Part shown: in pieces, positions 1 through 13,198 of the stretch
Numbering within the stretch: position 1 is the stretch's first letter
Layout: each line of letters starts with the position of its first letter
From: the human T2T-CHM13v2.0 reference genome, Homo sapiens
DNA length: 64,000 bases
Assembly (NCBI RefSeq): GCF_009914755.1
Contig: NC_060946.1
Reading direction: 5' to 3' (one strand)
Made by a program: the position numbers and the translations under genes
The notes under the pieces: model-generated
Database searches by the model: none
Seen by the model: the letters and a program-made list of their open reading frames with translations, nothing else
What the model was told of the DNA's origin: nothing

Positions 1-1058
1 TATTCTAGTTTCTCAGGTGATTGGCAGGGCCATAAAGCTCCCACGAGTTTATGTCTTTTGTGTTCAGCTACCAGGATAAGTAGAGAAATACCATCAGGTG
101 GAGGGCAGGGTTAGCTGGGTCTGAGCTCAGACTTTCCTTAAGCAGGGCTTGCTGCGGCCACTGTGAGGGATGCAGATTGTCCTAAGGCCAATGGGGTTTG
201 TTACAGAGGGGATTATGGCTGCCTCTGCTGTGCCATATAGTTCGCCAGGGAAGTGGGGGATAGCTGGCAGCGAGAGGCCTCACCCAGATCACATGCAGTT
301 GGCAAGGCTGGCCTTGCTCCCGCAGTGCCCCACTAACAATGCCAAGTTTAGATTCAGGCAGCCTGTGCGCAGAACTCAGACCTTGTCCCAGGCCATAAGC
401 TTCTCCACTGAGAAAGCAAGCATGGCTTTCAGGCCTTGCCTCTCCCCATCTGCCCACAGTGTCAGTGGTGGCTCCTGGGCTCATATTTGCAGAAGTTCCT
501 GTTCTCCCCCTGGATTCTGCTCAAGAAAATTCAAGCCCAGTAGAAATTATTAGAAAATCCATCTGGAAGCTTCTTTCACCCTGTGACCCCTCCCAAATTC
601 TGCTGGCTGCTTTCCCCAAAGGCCTCTGTGAGATACCGCCAGGGATGGTGCCCTGGGCTTGAGCTGGACACTGGGAATGCCTACAGGATTCTTCCCACTT
701 CTGCTTCTACTTTTACATTTTGCATGGTTCTCTGAATCCATTTCAGCTATGGGTAAGGTTAAATCCCTCTCCTGTAATCTGGATTTTCAGATTCCCCAGG
801 GGCGATGTGTGTTTGGAGGCAGATTTTCCCTCCCTCACACTTTGGGAACTCCCAGTTTTTTGCCTGTCTCATAGAATTGGCAAGGAGCATGCCACTTCTT
901 TCAAAGGATCTGTGAATTCTTTCAGTTTTCCTGGTACATTCCTGTGGTGGTTCTTGGCACACATTATTACATGATGTGGGTCTCCACATGCTGTCCGGTC
1001 CTTCCAAGTGGGAGCTGCATGTTAGCCCTGTCTCCTATCTGCCATCTTCCTCAGACTT
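1..1058 (-). mobile_element. Old L1 5' region (L1PB/L1M-like), antisense
   Basis: Ends in tctatctgccatcttcc, typical of the reverse complement of an L1 5' end; subfamily not determined. Confidence 0.45.
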
Positions 1059-2364
1059 CTAACATTAACTTTTAAAAAGCTTGGTGGGAAGAGACCAGGG
1101 CCAAAGTTCTCCTTCTTGGAGATGAAAGCCAAGAAGCACTTCCTTTGGGACAAGTCAGAAAAATCCTGACCAAATCAATGTGTGTTCCTGGCGATTCTGG
1201 CCCAGGCCTATTTCCTCCCCATCTGAGGAATTGCACAAACACAGCAGAACCCTTCTGCTGGCCCAGGACATGGAGAGGCTGGAGTGAAGTTGATCAGAGC
1301 TGGGATGGATCCTGGCTTCTGTCCCTGCACAGCTGTGGGCCTCTAGGATTATGCCTTGGAGACTGGCATCTGGCGTCTGGCATCTGTCCAATGGGAATAG
1401 TAATTCAATCATATAGGAGGATGGTGAAGGCCTTAGAGTGAACTCCAGGTCAAAGGTGGGGGACCAAGTACCATGATCCTGCCGAAAAGTCCAGATAGAC
1501 CTGGACCAGGGGCAGAACCAGGGGTCAGGATGGGCATAAGTGGGCCTAATTGGAAGGTAAGTAGGAAGGCTGGGACACCAGGGCCAGGACTAGGGTGAGA
1601 GGAGGGAGGCACCAAGGACACCAAACGTAAGGAGGTCATTGACTTGCAGAGGACACATGAGTGGGAGAGGGATATTTCTTCCCTCCCTGATTTGATCCCA
1701 TCAGTGATTGGCATAGTGGGCCGTGAGTGACGGTTTCCCCCACACCAAGCCTGAGAACTGTGAGAACTGTGGAGTTTTTGCGTGCCCTTTGGGACCCTCT
1801 TGTGTTCTACATAGAGTAGCCCCTGACCCTGGGAAAGCAGTGTGGCTTAGTGACCACTTCCGGAGTCAGAATGGGTGGCTGCCAATTTTTGTAATTTCAG
1901 GGGTTCTGAGGAAACCCATAAGTTGCCAACCAAAGAGGAAAACACTTCGTCTACCATCTTGTCCAAATTCAGGTCTTTTCAGCATTAGCAATTTATATAG
2001 ATGGTTCTGAAAGTGTCTTGAGTCTTCTAGAGGCTCCATAAAATTGCACATGGCCTTGGCAAGCACAGAGGTGAAGCCATCACTCCTTAGGCATCGATTA
2101 GGCTGGTGACATCTGAAAGTGAGACCTGGAAGGTTGGAGGTGCAGGTGGTAGGTCAGGAGGCAGTAAGGTGGCTGGAGAATCCATGTGGACTCTCCAAAA
2201 CTAATAGCCAGGTCTCCTCCTCCAGTCAACTGGTGCGGTGCTTGGAACCAGTGACCATCAGTCAGAAGGTCAAAGGGCATGAGGCATTGGAAGAGAGCAG
2301 ATGCCAGGCAAAGTGATCTTGTGTAGGTCTGTTTTTGGTTTTGTTTGAATTCTGAGTACTCAGA

Positions 2365-3450
2365 GTTACCAAAACTGCAATGTCTGAGGGCACCCTTATC
2401 TTTGACACTAACTGCAAATTTAAGGGGATTCCTAAATCCGTCCTTAGATTTTATAATTCACTAGAGGAATTCACGTAACTCACTGAAAACTGTTATTGCA
2501 TGACTGTGGTTTATCACAGGGAAAAAACACAGGTTAAAATCAGCCTAAGGAAGACACACAGGGCAGAGTCTAGGAGGGTTTCAGGTGTGAAGCTTCGTTG
2601 TCCTCAGGAGGCTGCGTTCTCCTGTGTCAATGTGGGACAAAACACATGGGGTGTTGCCAACCAGGGAAGCTCACCCAGTTAAGGAAAAATTCCTGTGAAT
2701 CACATTAAATCAGGAAGAAAGCCTTTATTCAGGATTGTTGTTACAGGGGAGGGAGACTGAGCCCAGCTCCCAATACAGTAAAGACAGAGGGGGAGTCACA
2801 GCCAACACCAGAGTGAGGGGCAGCAGATGGAACAGGACTGACAGGAGGCACCAGAGTCGGGGGTTCATGCTAAACTGGCCTAACAGGATTTTCCCTAAAG
2901 GCAGGTCAGACACTCACCCATCAAGGGGCAGGTGAGGAGAGTGATCAGATAGCAAGTGTGCTCAGACAGTAAGAAGGGAGGACCCTCCCTAAACTGACTC
3001 GGGGGGATTCTTGCTGAGCCAGGGTTGTGCAGGCCCAGCAAGCACGGGATGGGCATGGAAGGCCAAGGTTGGTGCCTAGAGGAGAAGAGGCTCAGAAGAG
3101 CCCAACTGGAGTCTGGTCAAACAGAAAGTCTTTCTCAACCCATGCCTTAGTGTCCAGAGTGTTTGCTGGGGCTTGACCACAGGCTGCACTCATGGCTGAC
3201 CTGGAGTTTCCAGCCCCTCCCTGAGGTCTCACACCTTTAGTCCCCAGATCCTCTGGTGGTGAGAAGAGATACCCAATAGCCCCAAACCCCCATCATCCAT
3301 CACATTTGCTATACTGTCCTGTAGCCAAACCACCAGGGAAACAAAGACATTCCTACCAGGCAGGGCATTCCAGGGGCCTGGAGATCACTTCGCAGGGGTA
3401 GGGGACAATGGGAAGACCTCTCCTGGGATAAAGTTAATTCTTCACTGCGC
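2365..3450 (-). mobile_element. MER21-like LTR, interrupted by a nested LTR
   Basis: MER21-type motifs tgacactaactgcaaa...aactcactgaaaactgttat...aaaatcagcc; family name from recall. Confidence 0.65.
2677..3137 (-). mobile_element. MER31/MER67-like LTR nested in MER21
   Basis: Splits the MER21 sequence gctcaccc|...|acccatgcc with apparent ACCC TSD; minus strand starts TGAGAAAGAC. Confidence 0.55.
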
Positions 3451-3847
3451 AATTGTAGTGCAGTGAAGATTCTATTCCCAGAGGCCGGGGAAGGTTTGCA
3501 ATTGCTTTGGTGCAGTGGGGCATGGGTAAACTTGCACCTTAGCTATAACAGCAGACAGAACAACCATAGTACAAATACAGGTAGTCAGTTGTGCAACTGT
3601 GTATTGGTAGACACAATGACAGCACATCACCGGCTAACCCCACAATATGGGGTGACTACCTGTACAACAATGTCACCAAGCCCTTGGGTTAAGCAATGAT
3701 ACATGGCTGGGTTGGTAGAATAAGTCTCTGCATATGGGTGCCTACCAATCCCCATGGAGATGGAGATGGCTGTGGGCCTGTGTCACCCACCCTTGGCCTT
3801 ATTTGCCATTCAACTGGACTGGCAGATGCATCTCAGGGCATCCTTAA

Positions 3848-4353
3848 TTGCCACAGTATATAGTTCCCCATTTAGACACGACCCCCAGTAACTGGAAAAC
3901 GGTAAAAGCTAGAGATTACCAGATATGTGCATACTGGTGGTTCTACCCCTTGGCCATCTTTGCCTCCAAAGTGGCAACTGTAAATGCAGAGCTGCAATTC
4001 GTGTGCTGGCTAAACACACAGCTGCAGCCTTCAATGATACTCACCATCGTTTTACACTTCCCAATCAAGAAACCACCCAGATCAGGCATGTTCCTCTGCA
4101 AAATCGTATGACCCAAAATCATACAACTGCTGCCCATGGTGGAGCTTGTGCATTAATTAAAACAAAATGTTGTGTATATAGCCCTCATTACTCTCATAAC
4201 ATAACACAGGCTCTGCTGACGTTAGATACCCAGAGTCCAGCCACAGAGTCTTTGTCTTATGATCTTATCACCTCATGGTTTAATCAACTCCCAGACACGT
4301 GGAGAAACTTTGTATCTAGCGTAATTGCAATTGCGTTCATAATCCTTTGTTGA
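3848..4353 (+). pseudogene. Degenerate ERV env transmembrane subunit
   Basis: LQNRM...AAHGGACALIKTKCCVY (ISD plus CX6CC), followed by a W-rich region and hydrophobic anchor FVSSVIAIAFIILC; fusion-peptide-like WWFYPLAIF in an adjacent frame (frameshift). Confidence 0.85.
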
Positions 4354-4490
4354 GGTTAGTGTTGCTGCTGGGGTGTCTGGCTGCAATGCTCTTCCACAAA
4401 ACTGGCCCCAGGAAAATCACAGAAAAACAGTGTGATGAGATTGTGAGGGCCATTCAAGGCTATGCAGGGGTGTGGAGAGCATGGTGGGCA

Positions 4491-4917
4491 TGTCCCGTCA
4501 GACAGCAATAACTGAAGCATCCCCTAAGAATAACCCTACATTCCTTGGTGAATTTTTGCTCAGTGTTCCAAGGTATGGATCCCGGGAATGGCCAATCCAG
4601 ATGTTTACATCATACTTATGAAGAACTCTGTTCCTTGGATCAGAGGTTGTGCAAGGAATCAAGACCTTTTGTTTTGGGCTAGGTGGAGGTTTCCTGGCAG
4701 AGGTGCTAAGTGGAGGTTGCTCTGGGAAGAATATCATATAACCTGCATGCATTTGACAAACAGGAGGGGATTTCTTGTCTTGCCTGCTGCTCCTGGGCAA
4801 CCTGTACATAAGCTCCCTGAATAAAGCTTATGTCTCACCTGCTGTCTCCAGGTCTTTTCTTCTGTCTCTCCAAGTCTGTGTCCTGTCAGCTCATTAGCAT
4901 AGGGGTCCAGCATGACA
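4491..4917 (+). mobile_element. 3' LTR of the env-bearing ERV (LTR47/MER73-like)
   Basis: TG...CA ends, purine-rich tract upstream, AATAAA at 4820-4825, directly downstream of env. Confidence 0.7.
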
Positions 4918-6351
4918 AATATAAAACGGTGTTTAACATTCTTTGGATTATGTTTATATAAATGTGTTATTAATATGTGTTCCAAAATTGTACGAGATTC
5001 TATAGGTCTAATATGTCTTGGCATATGTTATCAGAAACTATTATTATTATTATGTTAAGTAGTTGTTTGCCACAGAAATAAAGTAATTTCCTTGTCGAAT
5101 GTGTCTTTACCAATGCTGTTCTCATACTTTTGTTATCTGCAAAAAGTGTTTACTTTACATCTCAAAAAACAGTTTATGATCAGCTACAGATTGTGCCATC
5201 GGACTAAGAAAAAAATAAATCTTCCAGGACTGTAATTCAAAAGTTGATGTGGTCATGAAGATTGCTAACCCAATATCAAGTGGAAGAAGGTTATTACATG
5301 GGAATGAATTAATGGAGAACAAAAATAAATTTTTAATGACTTTTTGTTTAATATACGACTGATTCTTTTGTTTTGTTTTTCTTAGTCAAGAAAACTTCTT
5401 TTTCCCTTTGGGCTCCATGTAGCTTTTAACAATTGAATAAAGTATACTCTTGTGAGCAAAATTTGAAGCATATTTCTTTCTCACTATCTGATTTCTCCAG
5501 AATTTGGAAACTATTTGTGAGTATTCTTAGTTCATGGCAATAGAGTTATTTGCATAAGTTCAGTTGGAATCTGTTTTCTTTCATAACAGGACACAACTAG
5601 AGACACTGGTTATTTTACCAAGGCTTTGACTGGCATGGCATATTTCCACATGTACGTAGGCTGCTTTGAGTAATGGTGGCTGGCTTATAGAGCCGATGAA
5701 AGCCTCTTTGAAAAATTTTCCTCAAACTTTGCCTATACAGTTCCTTTACAGGGTTCCTGTCCTGTGGTAAGTAAAGAATGTCACTTTCTGACAGGCCCAG
5801 GAAGCCCAAGTTACCTTGGGACCTTGAGGAGAAAGGAACTCACCTAATATATATAGGCATCTGCAGGCAAATATAAATCACTGGCTGAGCTTGAGATTTT
5901 AAAAGGCCTACTCTGAGATATCTTATGAAAAAGAAAATATTGTAGCAAAGTCAATTTCCAAAAGGAGCCCATATGCCAAATAAGTATTCTTGCTGCACTT
6001 TATACAAATGATCAGGCCAAGAACCATCAGACTAAAACTTCTGTTGCAAATAAATTAGCCCTACTATGATTTGTCTTTGGTAGAAATACAGGACTAGAGA
6101 GAGAAAAGGTATGTTTCAAAAGAAACTAGAGAATGCCTGTTATTGGATTCTAGCTTTCTCCATTGTTTTCTAGCCGTATTGTTTGTCCACAGTTTATCTG
6201 GACTACATACTGAATTCTTTCCTGGCCACAAGTCTCCAAACTAATATTTTGCTTTTCTTTTTCTCTCATTTTTCTGACTTGGAATCACCAGAAATCCAAA
6301 CTGTGCTTTTCTTAAAGTCCTGCAAACTGAAGCTTGAAAACTGTGTTATAG

Positions 6352-6834
6352 TGAAGGAAGAGAAAGACCCTCTCATATTATTTTTATATTGTTTTGTACT
6401 CAGTACCTGTTTTAAGAAAAAACAACAAGGAAGTAAAACCAAAGACAGGCAGCCCGGCGCCAGGCCCGAAACCAGGCCTGGGCCCGCCTGGCCTAAACCC
6501 ATTAGTTAAAAATCAACTTATGATTCAGAAGCCGATGTTATTCATAGATTCCTTACATTATGTAGAAGAACATTGTGAAACTCCCTGCCCTGTTCTGTTC
6601 CCCCCTGACGACCTGTGTATGCAGCCCCTGTCACGTACCGCCTGCTTGCTCAAATCAATCATGACCCTTTCGTGTGAAATCTTTAGTGTTGTGAGCCCTT
6701 AAAAGGGACAGAAATTGTGCACTCAGGGAGCTCGGATTTTAAGGCAGTAGCTTGCCGATGCTCCCAGCTGAATAAAGCCCTTCCTTCTACTACTCGGTGT
6801 CTGAGAGGTTTTGTCTGCAGCTCGTCCTGCTACA
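6352..6834 (+). mobile_element. Solo LTR2B (HERV-E-related)
   Basis: TGAAGGAAGAGAAAGACCCTCTCATATT...CTCGTCCTGCTACA; 4-bp TSD ATAG at 6348-6351 and 6835-6838; internal AATAAA. Confidence 0.9.
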
Positions 6835-6909
6835 ATAGAATTCAGACCAAACTCGTGACCAGAGACTCATTTGCTTCTACAGTGTTTTGTCCAAAAGATG
6901 TTGAAGAAC

Positions 6910-7918
<1,009 letters not shown>

Positions 7919-8555
7919 AGTCTTGCCTCCTCCCTGAGTTGCTGGATGAAAGCAACGTCCTCTCTTCTTGCCTCAGTTTCCTCATCTGCAAAATCAGATC
8001 ATAATCCTGGCCCATTGAGGGGATGATTATAAAACTCAATCAAATGGAGAAGCATTTGCAAATGGAATGTATTGCAAAGTGTATTGTGCAGTCCCTGTGT
8101 AATCACCATTCTCTTCCTGCCTCATAAGCTGGTGTGTGTGTGTGTATGGGTGGGGTGAGGTGGACACGATGCCCCCAGAGATGTTTGCTCAGGATGAAAT
8201 AGGCCCCCATGGAAGGGTCAGGTTGGCTTCTGTGGTTTAGCTGCCTTTGAGGCCCTTCTGCCTGGGGCAAAGCACAAAAGTCCAATAGCAATCTGGTTGC
8301 ATGACTTCCTAGTCATGGAAGTGTGGCTGAGCAGTGGTCTCTAGTCCCTCCACCCTGTGTGCCTCGGGAGTGGAACACGGGGCAGTGGCCTCTGCTGGGG
8401 AGGATGCTGGGGGATCTCTGAAAGGAGGCAATGCCTGATTTTGTCACTGAACGATGAGCATGATTTTTCCAGGCGGTGGAAGCAGGTGCTCCCGGCAGAA
8501 GACCCCATATAAGCAAATATCTAGAAGCCACAAGGCATGGCCTTCAACAAGAGCA

Positions 8556-8835
8556 GGCCTGGTGCGGTGGCTCATGCCAAGGTGGGAGGATCACTTGAGG
8601 CCTGGAGTTCAAGAGTAGCCCAGTCAATATAGTGAGGCACCATCTCTAATATAATTTTTTTAAAAATTAGCTGGGTGGTTGGCTGATACCTGTAGAACCA
8701 GCTACTCAGGAGGCTGAGGTGGGGGGATGGCTTAAGCCCAGGGGTTTGAAGCTGCTGTGCGCGATGACTGTGGCACTGCAATTCAGTCTTGGTGACAGAC
8801 TGAGACCCTGTCTCAAAAACATAACCAAAATAACC
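8556..8835 (+). mobile_element. AluJ
   Basis: Diverged Alu dimer. Confidence 0.85.
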
Positions 8836-9172
8836 CCAACGGCATTACAATAAATATACAATAAGCATCCACAAGGCATGTGTGGGAGACTGTGCTTATG
8901 CCGATGGCACGGGCAGGAGTAAGGCAGGCATCAGGGGAATGTGGATGCACGGGAGGATGGGGAGTAATCTGCAGGGTCCCATAGTATGTCAGTGGCAGGT
9001 CTTTCTCCTTGAGACCACAGCAGACCCCCAGCCCTGAGGATGCGAGGCAGGTGGGTTGGATGAGAGGGATCTGGATGTCTGGTCTCAGGCTGCTCCTCTA
9101 AGGGCAGCAGCAAGGAGGGTGGGGCTGGACTGAAGGTGGAGGGGAGCGTGTTTGCTGTGCTTGGTCATGAGC

Positions 9173-9205
9173 TGCTGGGAAGTTGTGACTTTCACTTTCC
9201 CTTTC
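9173..9205 (+). promoter_or_regulatory. APOL1: APOL1 proximal interferon-responsive promoter: ISRE/IRF element plus GAS-like site
   Basis: ACTTTCACTTTCCCTTTC (three GAAA half sites on minus strand) at 9188-9205; TGCTGGGAA at 9173-9181; APOL1 is an established interferon-induced gene. Confidence 0.8.
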
Positions 9206-9335
9206 GAATTCCTCGGTATATCTTGGGGACTGGAGGACCTGTCTGGTTATTATACAGACGCATAACTGGAGGTGGGATCCACACAGCTCAGAACAGCTGG
9301 ATCTTGCTCAGTCTCTGCCAGGGGAAGATTCCTTG
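9187..9335 (+). other. APOL1: APOL1 exon 1 (5'UTR; start approximate)
   Basis: Recognised mRNA leader ending GATTCCTTG|gtaagt. Confidence 0.85.
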
Positions 9336-10078
9336 GTAAGTTGGGGACAGTTGACCTGCCTCCATCTTATTCTCACAGCTTTTGTAGATAAGCTGGGAGA
9401 GGTTAGGTGACTGGTTCAGATAGACAGGAAAGTAGCGGCAAAGCCTGGATTTGCACCCAGGCTTGAGTCTGATTGCTTCCCCTCTCCTGCTGGGCTCTTA
9501 AACTATAGAGGGTTGGGGAAACAGCTCAGATGGGTTCACAAAGCTCCCTGGGCTCAGCCCTGGTTTTGACTGCTGAGACACGACTGAGTGAACCCAGAAG
9601 GAAGGTTTGTGTTGGGGGTGCCCATCTCTTTGGGAAATTTGAAGGAACCAAAGAAGGTGGAGGAGAGGAGGTGACCCAGATCCCAGCCTGTTCTTATGGC
9701 CAGGCCACACCAAGGCTGGCCCCAGGGTGCTGCTGCTGAGGCCCAATGGGGGCAACAGAATTTTTTTTCAGGTACAAGGAGTTCAGAGGTCATCTCACCC
9801 ACCCTGAGTCTGAGCACCAACTTGTGCCAGGCCCTGTGGGGAAACTGAGGCCCTGGGAGCGGAATGACTTGCCCAGGGTCCCGTGTCAGGAGGCTGAGCA
9901 GGTAGATCATAGGACTCCACGTCTCTGGCCCTCACCTCTGTCCCTCTGTTCAGACTTCTGGGGTGATGGAGAAGAAACAGGCTGTGCTGTGTCCCTAATG
10001 GGAAACGTGGCTGAGACAGGGGAGTGAGAAGGGTGCGTTGCAGAATGGTGCCTGTGGCATGATGCCAGCTTTGCAATC

Positions 10079-10107
10079 ATGAGATTCAAAAGCCACACTG
10101 TGGAATT
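10079..10107 (+). CDS. APOL1: APOL1 alternative exon 2 (9954-10107), coding part of the N-extended isoform (MRFKSHTVEL...)
   Basis: cag| acceptor at 9953, ATG at 10079, |gtgagt donor; in frame with exon 3 (L-R-R-P-C-S-D-M). Confidence 0.85.
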
Positions 10108-10417
10108 GTGAGTATAACTACAGGAGTGAGAGCTTAGATCTCTGTGTTCATAGAAGGAGAATCAAACCTGGAAACTTTTGGATTATTAAAATCAAACATT
10201 TTTGCTTCAATATTAGAGTCACAAGGGCAGATGTTGGCCTCCCCTCTGCCCTCCAAGAGCTGTGTGACTCTGGGAAATTCACCTCCCCTCCCAGCCTGAG
10301 TATTTTCCCCTGTAAAAAACCTGATAGAGCTGCCAAAAGTCCATGAAATCAGGGGGGTAATTTCTGTGAAATCTGAGTCATGGTCTTATTTGTTCTTCAC
10401 CAAAAAGAGATGATGAA

Positions 10418-10690
10418 GCCTGTAACCCCAGTGCTGTGGGAGGCAGAGGCGGGAGGATGACTTGAGGCCAGGAGTTCAAGACAGCCTGGGAAACACAGGA
10501 GATGCTGTCTCTATGAAATCAAAAATTAACAAATTAGCCCAGCATGGTAGTGTGTACCTGTAGTCCCAGCTACTCAGAAGGTTGAAGGAGGCGGATCACT
10601 TGAGCCCAACAGATCTAGGCTGCAATGAGCTAGGATGGTGTCAAAGCCCTGCAGCCTGGGTGACAGAGCAAAACTGTTTATTAAAAACTA
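10418..10690 (+). mobile_element. AluJ
   Basis: Diverged Alu dimer. Confidence 0.85.
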
Positions 10691-10697
10691 AACGAAA

Positions 10698-11047
<350 letters not shown>

Positions 11048-11071
11048 TCAAGGAGGAGGCCCTGCAGCGAC

Positions 11072-11115
11072 ATGGAGGGAGCTGCTTTGCTGAGAGTCTC
11101 TGTCCTCTGCATCTG
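11072..11115 (+). CDS. APOL1: APOL1 exon 3 (11053-11115) with start codon; signal peptide MEGAALLRVSVLCIW
   Basis: aag|GAGGAGG acceptor, GACATGG start, TG|gtgagc donor. Confidence 0.97.
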
Positions 11116-13198
11116 GTGAGCTTGGCTCAGAGCCCTGAGGCGGGAGGGAGGGCTCCCTGTCTGGGCTGCACAATTGGACTGGGCTTGGGCTGGGCCAGGG
11201 CCATCTGGGCTTCTTCTAGGAACCAAAGTCACTTCCCGGAATTGACCAACCGGCAGACTCGCCCAGGGAGGACCCGCTGTATCCTAGTTGAGGCTAACGG
11301 TCAATATCCGGCCTCAATATTCAGCAGAGGCTCCAGGTCAGGGTCTGAGCCAGGCCAACAATGACCAAGGAGGATGGGATCCAGGGTGCAGCTCCTCACA
11401 AGTGTCGGGGGAATCCGAGGCACCAGCTCTCTCTACCCTCCTGCTCCTCTGCTCTCTCCTGGTCCTCCTGTGTCCTCATGGCTCATGAGATGGTGTTGAG
11501 ATGGCTCCCCTGGCCTAGGGGATCACACAGTGAACAAAGCAGGAAGAAGGCGAAGGGATGCCCCTCTCCTGTCACCCTTGTCCCTTACAGCAAGAAGGGC
11601 CCAGACGCCCCTCTGCATACTCCCCTGGTGAACTGCTGCCCAGGACTGGGTCCCCCTTTTACCCTTGCTGCATGGAGTCCCCAGAAGACAAACATCTGTG
11701 TGTCTGAACCCTGAGACAAAGGCAGGAAAGGGAAAGAGGGAGGCGAGTGGCTTTTGAGGAGGGGGCTTTAGTATGAGAGCTGGAGGATGGAACCCCATCA
11801 GGGGGCCCGGGAACCACTGAGCTGTTAAAATAAAGTCTGCAAACAAAGACCAGCTGCTGGAAGTGGGTGTGCCAGGGAGTGCGCAGAGACACACGGTGAG
11901 AAAAGAACAATGGTAATGCTTGGAGCCGCCCCTAACTGGGATGGGCCTGAAATGGTATTGTTATTATTTATAGTATCATTATTAGTCATTTTCATCTTAT
12001 TTGTACCCTCCCTCTATCTCTCCTCTCCACCTTTTCCTAACATTCTATCACCAGTTTTATGTCTTCCATTAGCAACTTTGTAGCTGTAAATAATTTACTT
12101 ACAACTTTCATATACCCTCAGTTGTACCCAGTATTTCTTAACTTCCCTCTTTAAAAAAATGATAATATTAATCCTCCTTCTCCTTCGTTCAGTGCTTCAC
12201 ATCCCAACTGCTACCTTTGTGCTTTAAATTTTGTACTAATTGGTGTTGATAACAAGTATATTTAGTTCTCATATTTATATGTTGTGTATATGTTTTGGTT
12301 TTTTTTTGTCTTAAACAAGAGACTACTGAGAGCCAGTAAGACTGAAAGAAAGGGCATCTTCATATACTGCTAGTTTGAGTGTGAATTGGTACAATTTGCC
12401 TGCAGTGTGGCTCTAGGTATAAAGCCTTTTGAGTTGTTGATAGCCTCTGACCTGCTCATTCTACTCCTACAAATATCTTAAGGAAATAATCTCAAATGTG
12501 GGCAAAGTTTTATGCGAAGAAGGATGTTCTTTGTAGCATAATTTATATGAGGAATTAGAAACACCCTGAGGTCCATCAGCTAGGGAAAGACAGCAGAGGG
12601 GACAGGGCAGCACCAGGAGGGCTTGGCAGCCACAGCAGGGGCTGGGCTGGCATCTGGCAAGATCCAGGTCTTTGTGGGACAAAGAATCTTAGAGAAGCAA
12701 CGGGGACACAGGCTGTCCAGTGCAGCACCAGTGAATTCACCAAGATGAAGAGTTGAGCACAGAGTGTGAGACAAGGATTTGCAATGAGGAGTCATTTACC
12801 ATGAGCGTGTATACATGACTCAATATTGTATATTTAAGGGAGTAGAGCACAGTCATTGAAAACATGGGGTTGAAGCAGAAGTCCTGGCTCTAGCACTATT
12901 GTAAAAACACTGGCAAGTTCCCTAACTTTTGTGGATTCCTCTGTGTTTGAATGGGAAATTGGTACCCATCTCCTGGCCTGTGTGTGATCATCGAATGAGA
13001 TACATGTAAGAGGCTCTGCACATCGCAGACATGCAATACACACTGGCTATCACCAGCTAGTTATCACACATGCTCCCAGGCCCTGGTCATTGTCAGAACC
13101 TTCCTCCCCATCTCTATTTCTGTGTATAGACTCTGTAGTTTCTGTAATGATCAGATGGCTGCCCGTCCTCTGATTATCTTCTCCTCATACCCCAACAG

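Larger units (their letters stand above)
1060..3450 (+). repeat. Paralogous copy of APOL1 intron 6 segment (direct repeat of ~18205-20570)
   Basis: Colinear similarity along the whole segment, e.g. cctttgggacaagtcagaaaaatcctgacc in both copies, a 109-nt core with 5 mismatches, and shared nested LTRs. Confidence 0.95.

Noticed and set aside
1866-2066. Near-identical small minus-strand ORFs at 1866-2066 and 18996-19190, suggesting a conserved microprotein family
   Set aside because: The similarity follows from the DNA duplication; starts and C-termini differ, and there is no independent coding signal
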